From assembly GCA_021731695.1 (NCBI GenBank), contig JAKFWZ010000080.1:34021-98020 (forward strand): DNA of 64,000 bases, written 5' to 3'. Source of the stretch: Candidatus Daviesbacteria bacterium (GTDB lineage Bacteria; Patescibacteriota; Microgenomatia; Daviesbacterales; UBA10151). Made by a program: the position numbers and the translations under genes. A model generated the notes under the pieces. That model had not been told where the DNA came from and did not search any database. It saw nothing but the letters and a program-made list of their open reading frames with translations. Numbering within the stretch: the stretch's first letter is position 1; every line of letters starts with the position of its first letter. This document shows positions 59,025 through 64,000 of this stretch, piece after piece.

Positions 59025-59570
59025 GTGAACCCAAAGGTTAAGGATATTTTACAGATTCTGGGAATTACAGGCTTTATTGCCGCATCAATATTAATGCCTG
59101 GTCTGCCTAAAGTCCTGACTCCATTCTATAAGAAACAATATAAACGCTGGGGTCATTTTAATAAGCGAATTCTTAAAGCCAATTTAAGAAGGCTTCAAAA
59201 AAGCGGCGTTATTGAGGAGTCAGAAAATGCAGGCGAAATAATTTATAAAATCTCAGAAAAAGGGAAATTTAAGTTATTTAAATATCGGCTTGATGATATG
59301 AATCTAAACAGAACTAGTTGGGATAAAAAGTGGAGGCTTGTTGCATATGATATTCCAAAGGGAAAGAAAAACCAGGCTGAAGCTTTCAGAACACTACTCA
59401 AGAAAATGAATTTTATGCAACTTCAAAAAAGTCTATGGTTAACACCATATTCCTGTAATAATGAGATTGAATTCTTAAAACAAATCTATTACTTAGACAA
59501 TCATGTTTCGATATTAACTGTTTCTGAAATTGAAGGCGAGTCTGAATACAGAAAATATTTCGGAATTTAG
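59025..59570 (+). CDS. wHTH plus Cas2/VapD-like domain protein (possibly PaaX-like) with N-terminal TM segment
   Basis: C-terminal WDKKWRLVAYDIPKGKKNQAEAFRTLLKKMNFMQLQKSLW follows the Cas2 pattern (LVxYDI...R...L..L...G.RVQxSVF); paralog of split gene at 46472-47104. Confidence 0.5.
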   Translation: MNPKVKDILQILGITGFIAASILMPGLPKVLTPFYKKQYKRWGHFNKRILKANLRRLQKSGVIEESENAGEIIYKISEKGKFKLFKYRLDDMNLNRTSWDKKWRLVAYDIPKGKKNQAEAFRTLLKKMNFMQLQKSLWLTPYSCNNEIEFLKQIYYLDNHVSILTVSEIEGESEYRKYFGI

Positions 59571-59608
59571 TTGTTACTAGTCATTCATTGATACAATTCC
59601 TTGCAATG

Positions 59609-59624
59609 GCAAGATTTTGTATCA
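59609..59624 (+). repeat. 16-bp direct repeat GCAAGATTTTGTATCA (right copy), embedded in hairpin gatacaa ... ttgtatc
   Basis: sequence identity with 58992-59007. Confidence 0.7.
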
Positions 59625-59685
59625 TGTGAGTGTCTTCCTTGATCTAGTCCTAAATTAAATTTTTTGGTAAAATGCTGCAACGAGT

Positions 59686-59712
59686 GCCGACATGGCTCAG
59701 GAAGAGCACGTC
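59686..59712 (+). pseudogene. degenerate duplicate of the 5' half of tRNA-Thr(GGT)
   Basis: gccgacatggctcagg-aagagcac matches gccgacatggctcagtggtagagcac of the intact tRNA 61 nt downstream. Confidence 0.5.
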
Positions 59713-59746
59713 AGATTAGGTAGGTGTGTTTTTGAAAGTTTAGATT

Positions 59747-59818
59747 GCCGACATGGCTCAGTGGTAGAGCACCTTCTTGGTAAGAAGGACGTCATGGGTC
59801 CGATTCCCATTGTCGGCT
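59747..59818 (+). tRNA. tRNA-Thr (anticodon GGT)
   Basis: cloverleaf: acceptor gccgaca/tgtcggc, anticodon stem ccttc/gaagg with loop ttggtaa, T-arm gtccgattccc; 72 nt. Confidence 0.85.
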
Positions 59819-60063
59819 CCGAACGAAGTGAGGAGACAACAAGAGCTTTGCTCATTGTCGGCTCATTCATAAAAAATCCGACCCTTGTGGTCGGTATTTT
59901 TTTGAATTAGTCATCAAGGTAGGAATAAGTAAATTCAGCTGATAACCTAACAATTTAGCCTCGTTGGAATTATCGTTAATAGAATCTATGAATCCGACCC
60001 TAACACCGGCTCCCACTCAATTCCTTGCAAATGGACGCCTGCTTAGTGTAAAATTCCAAAGTT

Positions 60064-60234
60064 ATGGCAAAGAAAGACGCAAGAGCAGCAATTGGTTTAG
60101 AATGCACAGAGTGCAAAAGCCGGAATTATGTTACTCAAAAAAACTCAACAAACACCAAGGACAAATTGTCTTTGCAAAAATACTGCAAAAAATGCCGCAA
60201 ATCCACACTTCATCAGGAATACAAACTGAAATAA
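60064..60234 (+). CDS. rpmG: 50S ribosomal protein L33
   Basis: translation [56 protein letters not shown] with L33 zinc-ribbon CxxC ... CxxC; the ORF-track entry 59964-60242 is a different, spurious frame. Confidence 0.85.
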   Translation: MAKKDARAAIGLECTECKSRNYVTQKNSTNTKDKLSLQKYCKKCRKSTLHQEYKLK

Positions 60235-60378
60235 ACCAATAAAGCCAATAACCCAATATACAAATGCCCAATGAGCACACGAGCTTCGCTCGTAAAACTT
60301 TAAAGCAAAAAATTGGGAATTGGTTTTAAACAAAGTTGCAAGCTTTGCTTATTTGTATATTTGTTTATTGGTTTATTC
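60233..60378. repeat. CCAAT/ATTGG-rich intergenic palindromic element
   Basis: aaaccaataaagccaataacccaat ... attgggaattggtttt ... tttgtttattggtttattc. Confidence 0.6.
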
Positions 60379-60379
60379 A

Positions 60380-60664
60380 ATGTATATTGTAGTTATGGAT
60401 TTTAAATCCCTGTCCGATCCTGTAGTTATTGTTGGAGATAATGAAAACAAGCCTTCATTTTTAAGCAAAATCCGTCCCCCTAAAACTGATCCTAAAAAAT
60501 TTATGGGTGCAGGGCTCACTGTACTTTTACTTTTTGCGGTTGGGATAGGGGTTTATGTTGCACAAAGACCTACGAATATAGTTCCGCGCGCGGATGAAGT
60601 TCAGCCTTCCTCTGATTTAAGGACTGCTTCCCCATCTGCTTCACTAAATCCGATTAACGATTAA
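60380..60664 (+). CDS. hypothetical single-pass membrane protein
   Basis: one TM helix (GAGLTVLLLFAVGIGVYVA); start chosen at internal ATG. Confidence 0.35.
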   Translation: MYIVVMDFKSLSDPVVIVGDNENKPSFLSKIRPPKTDPKKFMGAGLTVLLLFAVGIGVYVAQRPTNIVPRADEVQPSSDLRTASPSASLNPIND

Positions 60665-60728
60665 GCAAAGCTTGCGAGCTTGCGCTCTAAACGACTAACA
60701 ATCACACACCCCTCCTTCGGAGGCAACG

Positions 60729-60801
60729 ATTTTTTATGCACGGGTGGTAGGAATCGAACCTACAACCTACGGTTTTGGAGACCGTTGCGCTACCAATTGC
60801 G
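60729..60801 (-). tRNA. tRNA-Trp (anticodon CCA)
   Basis: minus-strand cloverleaf: acceptor acgggtg/cacccgt, anticodon loop ctccaaa, T-arm ggttcgattcc; 73 nt. Confidence 0.85.
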
Positions 60802-61046
60802 CCACACCCGTATTTAAACACCCCGTGATTCCTGGGTTAACAATCTATTATATTCCTGCATTCGCAGGTAAAAGGAAGTTAACCCGCTTTGCTTGCATTT
60901 AGCAACCAAAGCCCATTTCACCATACACGTATGAAGCAAATTCTACCTTTTGCAAAGCAAACAGGCAAGACTTGCTTACATTGTCAAGCGCGCCTGCGCG
61001 AGCTTAGCTCATTCTAAATTGTCCATTTTTATAGTATGCTAAATAT

Positions 61047-61715
61047 ATGTCTGTCCCTGAAATCATTCATCGTTTTTCGTTCATCGTTGGTCAGAAAAAA
61101 CAAAAAATATCTTCAGAAAATAACGAACAGCGAACTACGAACCGATCCGGTTTTACTTTAATAAACCGTGGGACTATTAAAGCTAGCCCTACAGGCTTCA
61201 CTTTAATTGAATTAATGATTGCAATTACTATTATTGCCGTCCTTTCAACTGTGGCATTCGTTTCCTATTCTAAAGCCCAGCAGCTTGGTCGGGATGCAAA
61301 AAGAAAACAGGATTTAAGAACCATAGCAATATCATTGGAACTCTATAAACAAAGAAACGGCAGATATCCATGCGCAGAACCATGGCAGGATAGTAATGAT
61401 ACTCAACCCTGGATAAGAGACTCATTACTATCGCCAAATACAATTTGTGATAACTTAAAGCCCGCTTTTGATACTAACTATATAAGCGCCCTACCTAAAG
61501 ATCCTAGGAGCACAGGTTCGAGTCCATCCGCTGGTGGAAATTTTGTTTACGGATATAGAGCTTTCGAGTGCGGAACGGACGGTTCGCATTATATTCTTAT
61601 AGCTGAACTTGAAAATACTAGTGATCCTGACAGAGCTATTTTAACTACACCATGGTGCGGAGGAACCTATGCCGATATCACTAGTGCCACTAATAAATTC
61701 ATCATTGCCAATTAA
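61047..61715 (+). CDS. type IV pilin/pseudopilin-like protein (prepilin N-terminal methylation domain)
   Basis: G-FTLIELMIAITIIAVL class-III signal motif; unusually long leader if ATG 61047 is the start. Confidence 0.6.
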   Translation: MSVPEIIHRFSFIVGQKKQKISSENNEQRTTNRSGFTLINRGTIKASPTGFTLIELMIAITIIAVLSTVAFVSYSKAQQLGRDAKRKQDLRTIAISLELYKQRNGRYPCAEPWQDSNDTQPWIRDSLLSPNTICDNLKPAFDTNYISALPKDPRSTGSSPSAGGNFVYGYRAFECGTDGSHYILIAELENTSDPDRAILTTPWCGGTYADITSATNKFIIAN

Positions 61716-61717
61716 TC

Positions 61718-63040
61718 ATGGATGAAATCCCAAAAGCAAAGCACGACCACGGCCCTTTAAAATTCCCTGAACATTTTCTGTGGGGGACTGCAACCAGCGC
61801 CCACCAGGTTGAAGGAAATAATACCAATAGTGATTGGTGGGAATGGGAACAAAGAAAGCCTTTGGATAAACAGAGCGGAAAAGCGGCGGATGAATACAAC
61901 CGTTATGATGAGGATTTTGAAATTGCAAAATCCCTTAGTTTAAACTCCCAAAGGATTTCTATTGAGTGGGCCAGAATCGAACCTGTAGAGGGACAATTCG
62001 ATCAATCAGCAATAGATCACTACAAACTAGTTTTAAAATCCCTAAAAGCAAAACATTTTAAGGTTATGTTAACTCTCTGGCATTTTACACTGCCAAAGTG
62101 GATTGCAGATATTGGCGGCTGGGAAAATGCTCAAACAACAGATTATTTTCTGAGATTTATCGAAAGAGTCGTACCGGAATTTGACGATTACGTTGATTTT
62201 TGGGTGACTTTAAACGAACCGGGTGTATACGCATTTATGTCATACCTGCAAGGTTTTTGGCCCCCTCAGAAAAAAAGCCGCTGGGCAGCTTTAAGGGTCC
62301 AGTGGAATTTAGCAAAAGCGCATCAAAAAGCTTATAAACTTTTAAAAATGCAATCCCGCCACCCGGTTGGAATCGCCCAAAATATGCAGTCATTTCACTC
62401 AAGTCATAAGCATTCTATAATAGAGCTTGCATCGGTTTACGTCAGTGATATCATCACTAATCATGCCTTCTACAAATTAACCGGCTACGACACTCATGAT
62501 TTTTTGGGAATTAACTATTACTTTCATCACAGGTTTAATAGAAGAGATAAATTTTTACCCACCGTGGAGGATGCAAGAGAGCAGCACAGAGACATTTCGG
62601 ATTTAGGCTGGGAGGTTTTTCCGGAAGGAATTTATGATGTCTTAATGGATATTTCTAATCACAAGCCAATTTATATAACTGAGTGCGGAATTGCTTCAAC
62701 CAACGATGACCGCAGAACCAGATTTCTAATTCAATACTTGTCCGAAGTTTTTCGGGCGGTAGAATCCGGAGTTAGAGTTAAAGGATTTTTCTACTGGAGC
62801 TTAATTGATAATTTCGAATGGGATAAAGGATTTGATCCGAGATTTGGGTTGGTCGCGATTGATTATAAAGATCAGCAGAGGACAGTGAGAGCTTCGGCTT
62901 ATGTTTATTCAGAAATTGCCAAACATAATCAAATGCCTCATTCGCTGCTTCGGCTTTTGGGTCATACTGTAAGAGTTGAGGAAGTATTATGCTACATGCA
63001 TGACAAGCCAAAAGCGCTTTGCCAGCATTTTAATACGTGA
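61718..63040 (+). CDS. glycoside hydrolase family 1 (beta-glucosidase-like)
   Basis: GH1 signatures FLWGTATSAHQVEG, TLNEP (acid/base), ITECG (nucleophile region). Confidence 0.85.
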   Translation: MDEIPKAKHDHGPLKFPEHFLWGTATSAHQVEGNNTNSDWWEWEQRKPLDKQSGKAADEYNRYDEDFEIAKSLSLNSQRISIEWARIEPVEGQFDQSAIDHYKLVLKSLKAKHFKVMLTLWHFTLPKWIADIGGWENAQTTDYFLRFIERVVPEFDDYVDFWVTLNEPGVYAFMSYLQGFWPPQKKSRWAALRVQWNLAKAHQKAYKLLKMQSRHPVGIAQNMQSFHSSHKHSIIELASVYVSDIITNHAFYKLTGYDTHDFLGINYYFHHRFNRRDKFLPTVEDAREQHRDISDLGWEVFPEGIYDVLMDISNHKPIYITECGIASTNDDRRTRFLIQYLSEVFRAVESGVRVKGFFYWSLIDNFEWDKGFDPRFGLVAIDYKDQQRTVRASAYVYSEIAKHNQMPHSLLRLLGHTVRVEEVLCYMHDKPKALCQHFNT

Positions 63041-63121
63041 TATGCAAAACGTGATATGTAAAACGACTATATATTACGCAATTTTTTCCATATAACGTAT
63101 GCCGTATTACATATCACTTAT

Positions 63122-64000
63122 AACCTAACCTATGAACTATTTAGTACTTGCTACAATTGCATATCTACTTAATGCTGTCGCAATTACCATCGACAAAATT
63201 TTACTTGTCAAAAGATTGCCAAACCCTGCACTTTATGTTTTTTATATTTCTGTTTTTAGCTTAATTGTTTTTTTCGGAATTCCATTTGCAACATTTCCTG
63301 ATCAATGGGCTTTTATAAATGGCTCAATTTCTACAATACTTTGGACATTAGGCGCCTATTTTATGTTCAAAGCCCTAAAAGATGGCGAGGCGGTTCGTGT
63401 TGTTCCGATAATCGGAACTCTTATTCCGTTAATTCTATTTGCCATGGCCGCGGTTTCAGATACGATAAATTTAAACGAGATATGGGCGGTTGTATTTTTA
63501 CTTATTGGTTTAATTTTTCTAATTCTTCCTTATTTAAAAGGCAAATTTTCTAAAGTAGAAATTTACTACGAAATAATTTCAGCTCTTTTATTTGCTAATT
63601 CATATTTTCTTTTAAAGGTCGCTTATGACACCAGCAACTTTTTATCTGTCATGGTTTATTCGAGAGTTGTTTTAGTTCCGATTCTTTTAGCAATTTTAAT
63701 CATTCCGTTTTTGCGAAAAAAAGTTTTCAGCAGCGACTCCCCCCGAGAAAAAATAAATCTATGGAGCAAAACCGGTTTTATTCTTTTAATCGGCCAGGCT
63801 TGTGGAGGATTTTCAGGTTTACTCCTAACCTTTTCAATCTCTCTGGCAAATCCAGCCGTAATCAATTCAATTCAGGGAATTCAATATGTCTTCTTATTCA
63901 TTTTAGGTTTAACTGTCGCTAAAAAATTCCCCGCTGCCTTCAATGAGAAATTAACAAAGTCTCATTTCGGAGCAAAGATTATTGGAATTATTTTTATATT
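63122..64000 (+). CDS. DMT/EamA-like polytopic membrane transporter (3' end beyond window)
   Basis: ATG at 63122; continuous hydrophobic translation (MNYLVLATIAYLLNAV ...) to the window edge; not in ORF track because no stop. Confidence 0.5.

Noticed and set aside
59964-60242. ORF 59964-60242 as a gene
   Set aside because: Wrong frame. The L33 gene (60064-60234) occupies this DNA in another frame with a clear zinc-ribbon signature.
1-64000. CRISPR array / cas operon
   Set aside because: Despite two Cas2-like domain genes there is no array of regularly spaced direct repeats and no cas1 or effector genes. The repeats present are palindromic, MITE-like families with irregular spacing.

Overview
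This 64-kb window is a low-GC (about 40%), very gene-dense bacterial chromosome segment. Most genes are on the minus strand and form housekeeping operons. They include cmk (5' fragment at the window edge), rarA, cysS, recR, ybaB, a purN-like/folD/glyA one-carbon cluster, dnaX, ybeY, yqeY, rpsU, tig, proS, rseP, frr, tsf and rpsB. A pyrimidine block holds thyA, two dcd-family genes, tmk and pyrG. Further along are topA, a membrane-anchored ClpB-like ATPase, dprA, mrdA-mreD-mreC, pyrF-pyrE-pyrC and pyrD, mreB, def-fmt, rpmB, rpmG, three tRNAs, a type IV pilin-like gene and a GH1 glycosidase. The gene content and small proteins suggest a reduced-genome uncultivated bacterium (Patescibacteria/CPR-like), but that is inference only. 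I found no rRNA, no CRISPR array, and no transposase, integrase or reverse transcriptase. The dominant unusual feature is a heavy load of small non-autonomous palindromic repeat elements in at least four families. Several of them lie in frame inside essential genes (rarA, folD, topA, pyrC, fmt, dnaX) without breaking the reading frame. This resembles the RPE elements of Rickettsia and may be an undescribed system here. A 135-bp element is present as two 100% identical copies. One copy splits a wHTH plus Cas2-like gene whose intact paralog sits as a cassette flanked by direct repeats between two tRNA-Thr genes, next to a tRNA fragment. Other notable items are two toxin-antitoxin pairs, a free-standing HNH endonuclease overlapping the thyA 3' end, an Avd-like four-helix-bundle gene bracketed by inverted repeats, and a duplicated promoter-like 26-bp repeat.
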